Shown here in pieces: positions 47,007 to 58,024 of a DNA stretch of 64,000 nt. Position numbers and translations under genes: made by a program. The first letter of the stretch is position 1. Each line of letters begins with the position of its first letter. The notes under the pieces were generated by a model. That model saw only the letters and a program-made list of their open reading frames with translations, did not search any database and was not told the origin of the DNA. This DNA is from Synergistales bacterium (GTDB lineage Bacteria > Synergistota > Synergistia > Synergistales > JAFGMB01). The stretch spans positions 1,088,001 to 1,152,000 of the forward strand of contig OY762654.1 in the NCBI GenBank assembly GCA_963666205.1, given 5' to 3'.

Positions 47007-48656
47007 CTACTCTACTGTTCTTGCCGCAATGGGAATACGCCTCCCCATACCGAAGGCCTTGGAGGTGACCTTGAGCCCTGGCGCTGCCTGTTTACGTTTA
47101 TATTCAGATCTCGAAATTGCCCTTATCACCCATAATACTGTTTCTTTTTCGAAACCTTTTTCAACAATCTGCGACAGGGAACAGTTCTCCTCTATATAAA
47201 GGTGGATTATTTCATCCAGTACAGGATAGGGAGGAAGGGTGTCACTATCCTTCTGATCCGGTCTTAATTCTGCTGAAGGAACCTTCTCGATTATTTCAAC
47301 GGGGATGATCCCGGAAGAGGTGTTGATGAACCGGGCCAGGTCATAGACCATGGTCTTCGGTACATCAGCAAGAACGGAAAGACCTCCGCTCATATCTCCG
47401 TAGAGGGTGCAATAACCGACGGACATCTCGCTCTTGTTACCTGTTGAAAGGACAAGGGATCCTGTAGCATTGGATATAGCCATAAGGATATTACCCCTTA
47501 TCCGCGCCTGTATATTCTCCTGAGCAAGGGCTCTGCCTCGTCCCTCCAGATCCCTGTCAAGGGTTGCAAGCGTTGAGTTGAATATGTCCGTGATCGGTAT
47601 CACTTTGAAGTCCATACCAAGATTCTTCGAAAGGGTGCGGGAATCTTCCACACTCCCCAATGAAGAATAGGGAGACGGCATGGAGATACCGAGAACATTG
47701 TCCGCCCCCAGGGCCTGGACCGCCAGAGCGCAGGTAAGGGCAGAATCGATCCCGCCGGAAAGTCCCACTACGACCTTTGAAAACCCGCATTTAGAGAGAT
47801 AATCCTTTATTCCCAGAACAAGCGCATGATAAACGTTCCGGATTTCGTTGATGACGGGGAATACTTCTGTACTGCCTGATGAACGGGTGTCAACAGTGAC
47901 CAGTCCTTCCTCAAAGGAAGGGAGTACTGCCAGGGGATCTCCCTTGCCATCGAGCACCATGCTGGTACCGTCAAATACCAGTTCATCATTTCCTCCGACC
48001 TGGTTCACATATATAAAGGGAAGGCCGTTTCTCCTTACATGTCCCCTGAGGAGGTCATACCTGGCCCGGATCTTTCCCACAGAAAATGGAGATGCCGATA
48101 TATTCACCATGAGTGTAGCTCCCTTATCGGCGAGTTCCTGTACGGGATCCCTTTCATACATCTCTCCGTCGGGCCAGAAAAGGGGGTCATTCCATGCATC
48201 TTCACATATGGATATTCCAAGGATCTCACCCCTGAAAGAGAGTGTAGTTACTTCCGGGAAGGGACTGAAATAACGGGCTTCGTCAAAAACATCATAGGTG
48301 GGGAGAAGGCTTTTACCTGCATGAACAAGAATATTGCCCTTTTCAAAAAGAACAGCAGAATTGAACAGCTTCTTTCCCACCATACTCCCTGTGGGAAAGG
48401 GACATCCCAGGAGGATCCCCAGATCATCCCTGGAGCGAGAGATGGCCTTTATCTCCTCCATACCCCGGTTTACAGCAGCCATGAACCAATTTTTTTCAAG
48501 AAGGTCCATTGGCGGATATCCCGTCAGGAACAGTTCTGAGAATATAACCAGATCGGTACTCTGCCGTGGTAGTGTTTCGATAGTTCTGCGAAGTTTTTCC
48601 ACGTTTCCTTCAATATCCCCTACTTTGGGATCAGCCTGCACAATGGTTACACGCAT
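47007..48656 (-). CDS. nadE: Glutamine-dependent NAD+ synthetase
   Basis: Nitrilase domain (ELFLTGYPP, ICEDAW) plus GLSGGIDS, ENIQARIRG, GNKSE, PSAEL. Confidence 0.96.
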   Translation of the reverse strand: MRVTIVQADPKVGDIEGNVEKLRRTIETLPRQSTDLVIFSELFLTGYPPMDLLEKNWFMAAVNRGMEEIKAISRSRDDLGILLGCPFPTGSMVGKKLFNSAVLFEKGNILVHAGKSLLPTYDVFDEARYFSPFPEVTTLSFRGEILGISICEDAWNDPLFWPDGEMYERDPVQELADKGATLMVNISASPFSVGKIRARYDLLRGHVRRNGLPFIYVNQVGGNDELVFDGTSMVLDGKGDPLAVLPSFEEGLVTVDTRSSGSTEVFPVINEIRNVYHALVLGIKDYLSKCGFSKVVVGLSGGIDSALTCALAVQALGADNVLGISMPSPYSSLGSVEDSRTLSKNLGMDFKVIPITDIFNSTLATLDRDLEGRGRALAQENIQARIRGNILMAISNATGSLVLSTGNKSEMSVGYCTLYGDMSGGLSVLADVPKTMVYDLARFINTSSGIIPVEIIEKVPSAELRPDQKDSDTLPPYPVLDEIIHLYIEENCSLSQIVEKGFEKETVLWVIRAISRSEYKRKQAAPGLKVTSKAFGMGRRIPIAARTVE

Positions 48657-48926
48657 CTGGCCTCCCTCCTTTCCAACTATCTGAACTTGAATAAACCAAT
48701 ATTATGCCCTATTTCTCCTCACTTTAACAATATATAACAATATCTTGATTCTTTGTATTTTTTGAAATATAATGCATTAGACTAACACTACATTGTATTA
48801 GATAGTATTTATACTGAATTCCTTCCAGGTCTATGGTTGCCATGACTACCTAATATTTCCCCATTTACTGTTTCCCCGGATATGTTCCTCAATTTTTAAA
48901 TGGAGTCATATTGAAGGAAAGGAGAG

Positions 48927-49337
48927 TTGAAAATGGAAGATATTTCGCGCATCGAGGGTATTGGGGAAAACGACAGTTATAAACTCAGACAAATGGGAAT
49001 AAGAACCGTGGAAGCTTTGCTCGAAAAAACAGCTACTGTTAAAGACCGCAGATCTTTAGCCAAAGAAATGGGCATCCCCGAAACTACTGTCCTGAAATGG
49101 GCCAATCAGGCTGACCTTCACAGGATCAAGGGCATAGGCAAAGAATATGGTGAACTGCTCGAAGCAGCGGGAGTAGATACAGTTGTTGAACTTTCCAGAA
49201 GAAAACCGGATAATCTGTATTTCAAGATCCTGGAAGTCAATGCAAGGAAAAGACTCGTCCGAAGAACTCCGCCTCAGAACGCAGTCCGCAGATGGGTCGA
49301 AAGCGCCCGGGAAATGTCCCGTACCATCTATCATTAA
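48927..49337 (+). CDS. DUF4332 / helix-hairpin-helix domain protein
   Basis: IEGIG, WANQADL.RIKGIG.EY..LLEAAGVDTV.EL. Confidence 0.85.
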   Translation: MKMEDISRIEGIGENDSYKLRQMGIRTVEALLEKTATVKDRRSLAKEMGIPETTVLKWANQADLHRIKGIGKEYGELLEAAGVDTVVELSRRKPDNLYFKILEVNARKRLVRRTPPQNAVRRWVESAREMSRTIYH

Positions 49338-49366
49338 TGGACTCGGGAGAAGAATAGATCGAAGGG

Positions 49367-49400
49367 AAGAGGTCCGTCTCTTATGAGGCGGTCCTCTTTT
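49367..49400 (+). terminator. Intrinsic terminator
   Basis: AAGAGG.CCGTCTC/GAGGCGG.CCTCTT followed by T residues. Confidence 0.7.
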
Positions 49401-49510
49401 GTTTATGGATCTTCGGCAGACTCCACATGGCTATCAGGGAAGGATCCATCCTATTTATCATATACAGGAATTGATAGTAAAATGCTTTCCATGGAAGGAA
49501 TGATGACTAT

Positions 49511-50098
49511 ATGATACTTAACATTCACGGAATTCTGGATCAGGGAAATAACCGTACAGCAAGATTTCTTGAACACCTTTTTCCCTGTGAAGATATCCTG
49601 TCCCCTGATCTGCCTCTTGAGCCGGTAAAAGTAGTGGAGGAACTGGACGAACAGATCCATCGATACGGGAAAACGCCTTTAATGATAGTGGGTGAAAGCC
49701 TTGGAGGGTTCTATGCCTACATCATGTGCGCCATACTCAATGTTCCTGCCGTATTTCTCAATCCTGCTATAGTCCCATTCATCACCAGTACAGACCTTAT
49801 AGGTCCGGTCAGGAACAAGTTTACAGGAGAAAAGGGAGAATGGAAGTTCCAGTATGTTCTGCAATTGAAGAAACTTTTCTGTGAACATGCATGGAAGGCC
49901 GACCCACGTAATCTGAATGTTTTTGTCTGTCTTGACGACAGGAGACTTGACCATAACCTTCTTACACGAAAGTTCTTTGTTGATTTCAGTAAATTCATTT
50001 CCTTTGAAGAGGGAGGGCATCGTTTTGATAACCTCGAAAGGATCTCAGACACCCTCTCAGTGATAATGTCAGAAACAGAAAAGGGAAGAAATCGCTGA
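49511..50098 (+). CDS. YqiA/YcfP (UPF0227) alpha/beta hydrolase
   Basis: NIHG, GESLGG nucleophile elbow, LNPA, GGHRF. Confidence 0.85.
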   Translation: MILNIHGILDQGNNRTARFLEHLFPCEDILSPDLPLEPVKVVEELDEQIHRYGKTPLMIVGESLGGFYAYIMCAILNVPAVFLNPAIVPFITSTDLIGPVRNKFTGEKGEWKFQYVLQLKKLFCEHAWKADPRNLNVFVCLDDRRLDHNLLTRKFFVDFSKFISFEEGGHRFDNLERISDTLSVIMSETEKGRNR

Positions 50099-51478
50099 TC
50101 ACCACTTTTTCCTGTCTATATACTTGCGTATTTCATCCATGGTGACCCGGGTAAGTTCGGCCCTCGGGAGCATACCCAGAAGCTGCCAGGCAATATCCAG
50201 GGATTCTCCTATCTCCCGGTCTTCTTCTTTTCCCTGCATAAGGAACTTCTTTTCAAAGGCTTCACCAAAGGCAAGATAGGCCTTGTCCGTTTTGCTCAAC
50301 TCATCTTCACCCACAACACTTGCCAGGGATCGAACTTCCTGGACACGGCTGTAGGATGCAAAGATCTGACTGGAAAGATCTGGATGGTCCTCCCGGGTAT
50401 AACCTTTCCCTATCCCGTCCTTCATCAGCCTGGAAAGGCTTGTTAGAGACTCTACGGGAGGATAGACCCCCTTGTTGTAAAGTTCCCTTGAGAGAACTAC
50501 CTGTCCTTCTGTTATGAAACCGGTCAGATCAGGTATGGGATGGGTTATATCATCGTTCGGCATGGTCAGAATGGGGAGCTGAGTAAGGCTCCCCTTAACA
50601 CCCTTTATCACTCCTGCCCTTTCGTAGAGAGATGCAAGATCACTGTAGAGATAGGCCGGATATCCCTTTCTGCTGGGCACTTCTCCCCTGGCCACACTCA
50701 GCTCTCTCAAAGCTTCGCAGTAACTTGTCATATCTGTCATTATCACAAGAACATGCATCCCCAGATCAAAGGCAAGATATTCAGCTGCAGTAAGGGCAAA
50801 GCGGGGAGTGGCAAGCCGTTCTATAACCGGATCATCGGCAAGGTTCAGGAACATTACTATATTTCCCGTCTGGCCTTTTCGGGTCAGCTCATTGGAAAAA
50901 AATGCAGCATCGTCATGTTTTATCCCTATTCCTGCAAAGACAACCGCAAAATTCTCTTCTCCTACAAGTCGGGATTGGGTGGCTATCTGTACCGCAAGCT
51001 GATTATGAGGCAGCCCGTTCCCGGAGAAAATAGGAAGCTTCTGTCCCCTTATAAGGGTAGTCAGGACATCAGTCACGGAAATACCTGTATGGATGAAGTC
51101 CCTGGGATAAAGCCTTGCCATGGGATTGATGGCTGAACCGTTCACATTCTTTTTTATACCGCCGAATATCCTTCCGCATCCATCCCTCGCTTCACCAAGT
51201 CCATTGAAGGATCTTCCAAGAATGGATGGAGAAAGGGCTATTTCCAGGCCCTTTCCAAGAAATCTTACTCTTGTCGAATTCGGGACCAGATCATTTGTAC
51301 CGGAAAAGACCTGAACAAGGGTGGACTTCTCATCCACAAGGACCACCCTGCCCTTACGGATCCTTCCTGTCTGATCCACCACATCTACTATCTCGTCATA
51401 ACCTACCTCTGCTATGCCTCCAAGGAGGATGAATGGCCCTGTTATCTCCTCAAGCCCGATATATTCAGTTAACGCCAC
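50099..51478 (-). CDS. ntpB: V/A-type ATPase subunit B
   Basis: [40 protein letters not shown]. Confidence 0.95.
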   Translation of the reverse strand: MALTEYIGLEEITGPFILLGGIAEVGYDEIVDVVDQTGRIRKGRVVLVDEKSTLVQVFSGTNDLVPNSTRVRFLGKGLEIALSPSILGRSFNGLGEARDGCGRIFGGIKKNVNGSAINPMARLYPRDFIHTGISVTDVLTTLIRGQKLPIFSGNGLPHNQLAVQIATQSRLVGEENFAVVFAGIGIKHDDAAFFSNELTRKGQTGNIVMFLNLADDPVIERLATPRFALTAAEYLAFDLGMHVLVIMTDMTSYCEALRELSVARGEVPSRKGYPAYLYSDLASLYERAGVIKGVKGSLTQLPILTMPNDDITHPIPDLTGFITEGQVVLSRELYNKGVYPPVESLTSLSRLMKDGIGKGYTREDHPDLSSQIFASYSRVQEVRSLASVVGEDELSKTDKAYLAFGEAFEKKFLMQGKEEDREIGESLDIAWQLLGMLPRAELTRVTMDEIRKYIDRKKW

Positions 51479-53259
51479 TGCTCTTCACCCCCAGGTCTTG
51501 CAAGCCTTTCTCTGCCAACTTCTTCCAGTTTCTTTTCCAGGGTGGTTCTCACTCTGGCGAAGGATCCCATATCATCTGCCGGTATCTCCTTCAAATGGGT
51601 GATCTCTACAACCTCATTGAGATCCCTTATAAGGGACAGGGGACATCCACTGTTCACCAGTTCCCTGGTCTTCTGGTAAAAGAAGAGAATTATTTCCAGA
51701 ATTGCAAAACCCTTTTCAGGAGGACAGAAAGAATCAGGGCCAAATGCACCCTGCTGGAGATATCCGTTCTTCAGGAGAAATGCAGTGAAGGCAAGAAGAC
51801 GCTGTTCATCGGGGAGAACATCCTCACCCACAAGACGGACTATCTGCTGTATCCTTTCATCTTCTGAAAGGATGTCCCTCGCCTTATCCCTTAATTCTCC
51901 CCATCGGGGGTCCACATGTGAAAAATACCAGTCCTTAACCTCATCCGCATATTCACTGTATGATTCGACCCAGTTGATCGCAGGGAAATGTCTTGCATGG
52001 GCAAGCTGTTTATCCAATCCCCAGAAACAGCGGATGAATCTTTTTGTATGTCTCGTTACGGGTTCGGTAAAATCGCCACCTGGAGGAGATACCGCTCCTA
52101 TCACTGAAATGCTCCCCTTTTCCCCCCCCATGGTCACGACCTTTCCGGCTCTTTCGTAGAATTCGGCAAGACGGGTGGGAAGATAGGCAGGAAAGCCTTC
52201 TTCAGCAGGTATCTCTTCCAGCCTTCCCGATATCTCCCTCAGGGCTTCAGCCCATCGGGAAGTGGAATCGGCCATCATGGCAACGTCGTATCCCATATCA
52301 CGGTAATACTCAGCTATGGTTATTCCCGTATATATAGATGCCTCCCTTGCTGCAACGGGCATATTGGAGGTGTTGGCTATAAGGACGGTCCTCTCCATGA
52401 GAGGTTTGCCTGACCTGGGGTCATCAAGTACCGGAAACTCCTCCAGGACCTGGGTCATTTCATTACCTCTCTCACCGCAGCCTATGTAGACGATTATCCG
52501 GGCATCGCTCCACTTGGCAAGCTGATGCTGGGTTACCGTCTTTCCTGTCCCGAATCCACCAGGTATGGCGGCAACCCCCCCCTTCGAAAGGGGAAAAAGT
52601 CCGTCAATGACCCTCTGGCCCGTTATAAGGGGTTCATCAGGAAGCAGTCTTTCACGGTATGGCCTTGGAGTCCTTACAGGCCATCTTGAAATGATCGGGA
52701 TATCCCTCTCCTTTCCCTTCCCATCTCTTATCCTGGCAAGGATCTCCCCTGCCTTGTGAAAGCCTGCCGGTACTATTGAAAGGATCTCTCCTTCCACTCC
52801 GGGCGGGGCCACTATCCTGTGGGTGACCATTGAGCTTTCCTGCACGGTGGCAAGGACCATTCCGCTTGTTACGATCTCTCCCGCACTGACCTGGGGAGTA
52901 ATTTCCCAGACCTTGTCCAGGTCCAGCTGGTCAACTTTTACCCCCCTTGAGATAAACGATCCCTCCAGCTCTCTGAGTTTGCCCAGAGGACGGCCAATAC
53001 CGTCTATTATGGTCCCTATAAGCCCGGGACCCAGAGCCATTGAAAGGGGTTCTCCATTTCCGGATACATCCTCTCCCAGACGTAAACCCTGGGTATCCTC
53101 ATAAACCTGTATAAGGGCTTCATCACCTTCCATACGGATGATCTCGCCAATGATGGCAAGCTTACCCACCTCCACCATTTCCCTCATGGCGAAGTCTCTC
53201 ATTCCCTTTGCCCTGACAACCGGTCCATTAACTGTTACGATGCTGCCCTTTCGCTTCAC
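51469..53259 (-). CDS. ntpA: V/A-type ATPase catalytic subunit A
   Basis: [35 protein letters not shown]. Confidence 0.97.
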   Translation of the reverse strand: MKRKGSIVTVNGPVVRAKGMRDFAMREMVEVGKLAIIGEIIRMEGDEALIQVYEDTQGLRLGEDVSGNGEPLSMALGPGLIGTIIDGIGRPLGKLRELEGSFISRGVKVDQLDLDKVWEITPQVSAGEIVTSGMVLATVQESSMVTHRIVAPPGVEGEILSIVPAGFHKAGEILARIRDGKGKERDIPIISRWPVRTPRPYRERLLPDEPLITGQRVIDGLFPLSKGGVAAIPGGFGTGKTVTQHQLAKWSDARIIVYIGCGERGNEMTQVLEEFPVLDDPRSGKPLMERTVLIANTSNMPVAAREASIYTGITIAEYYRDMGYDVAMMADSTSRWAEALREISGRLEEIPAEEGFPAYLPTRLAEFYERAGKVVTMGGEKGSISVIGAVSPPGGDFTEPVTRHTKRFIRCFWGLDKQLAHARHFPAINWVESYSEYADEVKDWYFSHVDPRWGELRDKARDILSEDERIQQIVRLVGEDVLPDEQRLLAFTAFLLKNGYLQQGAFGPDSFCPPEKGFAILEIILFFYQKTRELVNSGCPLSLIRDLNEVVEITHLKEIPADDMGSFARVRTTLEKKLEEVGRERLARPGGEEQWR

Positions 53260-53276
53260 TTATCTCCCACCTCCTG

Positions 53277-53894
53277 TCAGAGGACCTTGAGAAGTCGTTC
53301 AGCGATCTCATCAGCCATCTCACCGGCCTTTACATGCCAGTCTGCATTTACCTGCCATTTCCCGTCTTTCGAACGAAGCCACAGTCCTCCAAGTATGGGA
53401 GCCGGCTCTTTATCAAAGGAAATTTTCAGATCAGGTTTCTTTATCTTGAGGTTGTGAACCATTTCCTCTCCAAGAGAGCTATCCCTTTCAGAAAGTCTGA
53501 AAGATAGATCCTGACCCTCAGGAACTGATTCTGCAGCTTCCAGAAGTACACCTGCAAGAAGGGCAGGATAATTCTCCCGCTCCCGAAGTTTTACCAGTTC
53601 AGTTTCAAGGATCTCCACTGCCTCGGCTATCAGACTGTTCTGGAGCCTGAGCCGTTCCCGTTCCCGTTCCCTCTCGGCAGTTACAATTTCTCTTCTTCGA
53701 ATGTCTTCGGCTCTTTTTCCTGATTCCATAAGGATCCCTTCTATGATCTGCTCCAGCCGGGAATTTTCTGCTTTAAGCCATTCCCCTGAATCCTTTCGGG
53801 CATTCGAGAGAGCATATCCTCTTTCAGCTTCAGCCTTTGAAAGAACAAGATCCTTTAGATCAGAAAGTTTCTGGTTATTTTCCTCTTTGTTCAT
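53277..53894 (-). CDS. ntpE: V/A-type ATPase subunit E
   Basis: Coiled-coil N-terminus, ILGG motif, operon position. Confidence 0.75.
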   Translation of the reverse strand: MNKEENNQKLSDLKDLVLSKAEAERGYALSNARKDSGEWLKAENSRLEQIIEGILMESGKRAEDIRRREIVTAERERERERLRLQNSLIAEAVEILETELVKLRERENYPALLAGVLLEAAESVPEGQDLSFRLSERDSSLGEEMVHNLKIKKPDLKISFDKEPAPILGGLWLRSKDGKWQVNADWHVKAGEMADEIAERLLKVL

Positions 53895-54202
53895 TCGATT
53901 TTCACCCCAATGGCATTTCTTACGTAACTTGTAAGAAAATCCTTTCCCCGTTCACTTCCATGCCGGTCAGGAACTTCCACAAGGAGGGGAAGAGTTCCGC
54001 TCTCCCTTATCTCTCTTACAAGATCAGGAATAACTGCTGCTGCCTTTTCCGTCAGCACAAGGATACCGATATCTCCGGCAATAAGGGCTTCCCTTACTGC
54101 ACTCCCTGTTTCGTGAGAACCATGAGCCACTACTCCCTTTATTCCCGCCAGACGGAGGGCTACCAGGGTGTCATGATTATCACTTACCAGAAAAGCCCTC
54201 AT
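53891..54202 (-). CDS. ntpF: V/A-type ATPase subunit F
   Basis: DTLVALRLAGI, DIGILVLTE, PLLVEVPD, AIGVKI. Confidence 0.9.
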   Translation of the reverse strand: MRAFLVSDNHDTLVALRLAGIKGVVAHGSHETGSAVREALIAGDIGILVLTEKAAAVIPDLVREIRESGTLPLLVEVPDRHGSERGKDFLTSYVRNAIGVKIE

Positions 54203-54208
54203 GTCTTG

Positions 54209-54625
54209 TTACAGTTTGGCCAGAATAAGGAGAGAGACGATAACTCCATAAATAGCTATCCCCTCCGCAAGGCCAAGGTATATAAGGGTCATTCCGAGGG
54301 TTTCAGGCTTCTCTCCGATAACTCCAAGGGCTGCAGCACCAACCACTGCCACGGCAATTCCTGCTCCAAGACATGCCAGTCCGGTAGAGATGCTGGCTCC
54401 AAGGAAACCCAATCCCGATGACTGGGAGAGACCCTCTGCCGCAAGGGACGGCCCTGTAAAGAATGGAGCCGCACCAACTAAAACCAGGGACATTATGGAA
54501 ACTGCAACACCCATAAAGAGTATCCTGCCGGGTTTCCTTATCTTACGCCCCCTTAAAACAAAGCCGTAAGAAACGAGAAAGGCCATGGTGGAACAAAGTA
54601 TTCCAAGGTATTTCATCTGCAGCAT
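54209..54625 (-). CDS. ntpK: V/A-type ATPase proteolipid subunit K/c with N-terminal extension
   Basis: GAGIAV...EKPE...GLAEGIAIYG; start 54616-54628 (ORF track gives 54679). Confidence 0.9.
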   Translation of the reverse strand: MLQMKYLGILCSTMAFLVSYGFVLRGRKIRKPGRILFMGVAVSIMSLVLVGAAPFFTGPSLAAEGLSQSSGLGFLGASISTGLACLGAGIAVAVVGAAALGVIGEKPETLGMTLIYLGLAEGIAIYGVIVSLLILAKL

Positions 54626-54663
54626 CATCTCCTCTTTCAGATCTGTTATGGAAACCTCTAAAT

Positions 54664-56586
54664 TTATTTTTTTCCCCATTTCATGGGAACAAATGCTTTT
54701 CCGCCACCAGAATAGAATTTACTGAAAAACTCGTAATACTCAAGCCTCAGGGTCTGAATAAACACTATAAGGCCTTCGAGGGCAACAATTACAAGGTGTC
54801 CGACGATCAGGATCACCCACTTGATGATCCCTCCTCCAGGCAATCCTTCCACCATCTGTCCCAGCATCATAACTGCCAGGCAGAGCCCGACGTGATTAAG
54901 GGCAAATGCGGCCAGTCTGACAAAGGAAGCAGTATTACTGAGAAAGGAAAGTAAGGTATGAAAAACCTCAAAAACATGAACAACATTACTGGTTTTCCCA
55001 TGTTCTTCATGGAGGAACCGCACAGAAAGGAACTCGGCAAGAAGAATAACGGCAAAAAGGATAAGGAGGGCTGAAAGAAGGATCCCTGAGGGTACTGGAA
55101 GTTTCCTGTTCGACAGAGCCGACCAGGCGAAAATGACGGCTATCCAGTAAAATACAAGTCCGGCGAGACCCTGTCCGTCAAAGAGGAGCTTTCCGTATTC
55201 TCTTTTTCTGTATCTAAGGAGGATGTTCATTATCATTCCAATACTTATGAAAACTATGCCTGCAGCCAGGGAAGTCTGAATAAGTTCTCCCATATCCTCC
55301 ATTGGTGATATCCAGACACGGTGCAGAATGTGCTCGTTCCCGAATATGCTGCCGTAAAGAAAGCCGAAGATAGAGGCTGATAGCCCTGAAAGCTTGATCA
55401 CTGAAGCAAAAGCCCTTTGAACGAGGTTCTTTTTTTCCAGGATCATTGCACCGGCTATCAGCATGATCCCGTGTCCGACATCTCCGAACATAAAACCGAA
55501 GAAAAGACAGAAACTCAGGGCTACGAGAAGAGATGGATCGCTTTCTCCGTAGGATGGAAGGCTGTAAAGGGCGACAATATCCTGAAAGTTTCTTACAAAG
55601 GGAAGATTTTTCAGCCTGACAGGGATCTTTCTCCCTTCCCTTTCCGTGCTGCTTTCCACTATGATCATGGTTCCGGGAGCCTCTTCTGTCATTATCTTTT
55701 TTACACCTTCGATCTCCTCGGAAGGCAGCCAGCCGGACAATATGAACATCTCCCCTATCTGCCCCCTGGCCATGCACAGTGCATATATCCTCTGCATTCC
55801 ATAAACCTGGTAATACAGATCCTCAAGCTGTTCCCTGGAGCGGTTGAGGTAATTTCTTGCAGCTTCCTCAAGTCTGGATCGGGCTCTTTTATGATTCTCT
55901 ATTCTTCTCCTGAGGCCACCAACCCAGTCCGGGCCAAGACCCTTCAGTGTTTCTGCAATGGGGAATTCCCTGAAATAAACTGATTCCAGAAGTTTTAATG
56001 CCCCCTCAAGATAGCCGGACACGGTTATGACAACCGCCCAGACATCCTCTCCACTCTGCCTGACGGGTATGACCATCATGGGAACTTCTTTGACAGAATC
56101 CTCGAGTCTGGCAAAATTTTCTTTCGTAAACCTTCCGAGAAAAAATTTGACTATCCTGGAATCCAAAGCCTGGCGCCCCTTATCTCCGAGAGAAAGAATC
56201 ACTTCAGCAAAAAGGACAGCCGCTTCCAGTTCTTCTTCTTCCACGGCAAGCTGTCTGGCTCTTTTTTCCCATATTCTCAAGCGTTTTGATGCCCGGCTGA
56301 CCCGAGCGCTTAATTCCTCAAAGGGTGAAAATTTCAGGTCTTTACTTACTGAGGGGACAGGTGGTTCTTCTCCGGCCGTTCGCCAGATGGATTCAAGGTC
56401 TTCCAGGATAGGATCGTAGGGATTGACACGGAAAGTTTTTATTCTTGATCTGATAGACATATCATCCAGAGAATAGTCTATTGACAATGGCTGAAAATCT
56501 CCTCTTACAAGAAGTCTGGTGGCTAGGATCTCAATTTCCGTCCTGGGACCTACGAATGTAAGTCCGGACATTTTTACGATACTCAT
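54664..56586 (-). CDS. ntpI: V/A-type ATPase subunit I/a
   Basis: FGFMFGDVGHG, LYGSIFG, SNTASFVRLAAFALNH, IQTLRLEYYEFF. Confidence 0.95.
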   Translation of the reverse strand: MSIVKMSGLTFVGPRTEIEILATRLLVRGDFQPLSIDYSLDDMSIRSRIKTFRVNPYDPILEDLESIWRTAGEEPPVPSVSKDLKFSPFEELSARVSRASKRLRIWEKRARQLAVEEEELEAAVLFAEVILSLGDKGRQALDSRIVKFFLGRFTKENFARLEDSVKEVPMMVIPVRQSGEDVWAVVITVSGYLEGALKLLESVYFREFPIAETLKGLGPDWVGGLRRRIENHKRARSRLEEAARNYLNRSREQLEDLYYQVYGMQRIYALCMARGQIGEMFILSGWLPSEEIEGVKKIMTEEAPGTMIIVESSTEREGRKIPVRLKNLPFVRNFQDIVALYSLPSYGESDPSLLVALSFCLFFGFMFGDVGHGIMLIAGAMILEKKNLVQRAFASVIKLSGLSASIFGFLYGSIFGNEHILHRVWISPMEDMGELIQTSLAAGIVFISIGMIMNILLRYRKREYGKLLFDGQGLAGLVFYWIAVIFAWSALSNRKLPVPSGILLSALLILFAVILLAEFLSVRFLHEEHGKTSNVVHVFEVFHTLLSFLSNTASFVRLAAFALNHVGLCLAVMMLGQMVEGLPGGGIIKWVILIVGHLVIVALEGLIVFIQTLRLEYYEFFSKFYSGGGKAFVPMKWGKK

Positions 56587-57683
56587 TAAATCCCACCCTC
56601 CGACTTCATGGGCCTGACCAGAAAGAGCACTGCCATTCTACGGCTGAGGTCATACCTGACATCTTCTATGATGGTGATGAGGTCTGCAACTTCCATCTCT
56701 CTCAGATAGAGGTAGGCCATTACGGTATGGATACCCGGAACACCCATCCTGAAAGTCCGTATACACTCATCCCACTGGAAACGTTTCAGATTCCTTTCTA
56801 TGATCAATTCTGTCTCTCCTTTACCTGCCTCTCCCGGATACTGGAAGATTGAAAGGTAAGGGGTCTGTTCAAGGATCTTCATGAATTCATCGGGAAAGGA
56901 AGAGAAAGCAAGTCTGCTGATGGTCCGCCTGTTCAACCGATAGTTGAAGGGGATAAGCCTTGTAAGGATCTCTTCGGGCTTCAGGTTAAAGAAAACCCTT
57001 GATCTGTAAAGCCAGTAGATATTCATAAGGTCCGCTCTTGCACCAAAGAGCTTGAGAAGCTGTTTCTTTTCAGTCCGTCCGACCCGGTACAGGAGAGTTA
57101 AAAAACTGTTCATGACAAACCCGTCCAATGCCATTTCGACCGGGAAGAGTGTGCTCCCAGTCTTTATCATGGTATTGATGGGCTCTGAAAGGACACTGAA
57201 GTAGGGAGTATCCTTAAGGGCCAACAGAAGGTCCTCGAAATTCCGTGCTTCCAGTATTTCCTCAGATGGAAAAGAAAGATCCGGAATAGCACGTATTTTC
57301 TCCCATATGGAATCACGCGACTGTATATTTCCAAGGACCAGCCTGAAGATCCTCTTCAGGATATCCACATCGTATCTGAGTTTCCAGGCTTCGACCAGAT
57401 CCCATCTTCTTGGGCCAAGGTAATTCCTGAAGCGAAAAGCCTCGTAAAGGGGAACCATCGAAAGTATAGCTTCAAGCTCGTAACGATGTATATCCGAGGA
57501 ACTTATATGCTTCAGGTAGTCACCATAGGATTCTGAGTAACTAAGCTGTCTGGCGATCTCACTCATACTGTGACAGTTGAAAAGGAGATGCCAGAAAAAA
57601 TCATCAGGAAGCATCCTCCCCTTCATTGTCCTTGCCTTGGCAGATACGGAGGCTCTTCTTCCCATGGAAAGGACGGACAGCAT
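56586..57683 (-). CDS. ntpC: V/A-type ATPase subunit C/d
   Basis: AKARTM, L..TPY, DLMNI.W.YR, YLYLRE.EV.DL..IIE.VRY. Confidence 0.8.
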   Translation of the reverse strand: MLSVLSMGRRASVSAKARTMKGRMLPDDFFWHLLFNCHSMSEIARQLSYSESYGDYLKHISSSDIHRYELEAILSMVPLYEAFRFRNYLGPRRWDLVEAWKLRYDVDILKRIFRLVLGNIQSRDSIWEKIRAIPDLSFPSEEILEARNFEDLLLALKDTPYFSVLSEPINTMIKTGSTLFPVEMALDGFVMNSFLTLLYRVGRTEKKQLLKLFGARADLMNIYWLYRSRVFFNLKPEEILTRLIPFNYRLNRRTISRLAFSSFPDEFMKILEQTPYLSIFQYPGEAGKGETELIIERNLKRFQWDECIRTFRMGVPGIHTVMAYLYLREMEVADLITIIEDVRYDLSRRMAVLFLVRPMKSEGGI

Positions 57684-57685
57684 TG

Positions 57686-58024
57686 CTAGATCTCCCCTTT
57701 TCGGCTGTAATCCAGGGCTATCTCATTCACAAGGTCTTCAACCACCACTCGGACCTTTTCATTGAACCTGGCCTTCATCCTGTTTCTCTCGACTTCTCCC
57801 ATGACAAGTATCTGTGATGCCTCGGCCTCTCCCCCGCTTCGCGCCGTTTCCACAGTGGCTTTGGCCTGTTCATGGGCTGCACGCATCCTGTCTTCCCTTT
57901 CCCTGGCAAACTCATCCCTTGTGGACTGAAGAATAGCGGAGGCTTCATTTTTTGCTTCTTCTATGACCCGGTTAGCTTCATGCTCTGCTCCCAGCAGCTG
58001 GGTAAGGATATCTTTAAGCTCCAT
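57686..58024 (-). CDS. V/A-type ATPase subunit G/H (peripheral stalk)
   Basis: AE.EA..VIEEAK.EA coiled coil and operon position; start at MELKD 58024. Confidence 0.7.
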   Translation of the reverse strand: MELKDILTQLLGAEHEANRVIEEAKNEASAILQSTRDEFAREREDRMRAAHEQAKATVETARSGGEAEASQILVMGEVERNRMKARFNEKVRVVVEDLVNEIALDYSRKGEI

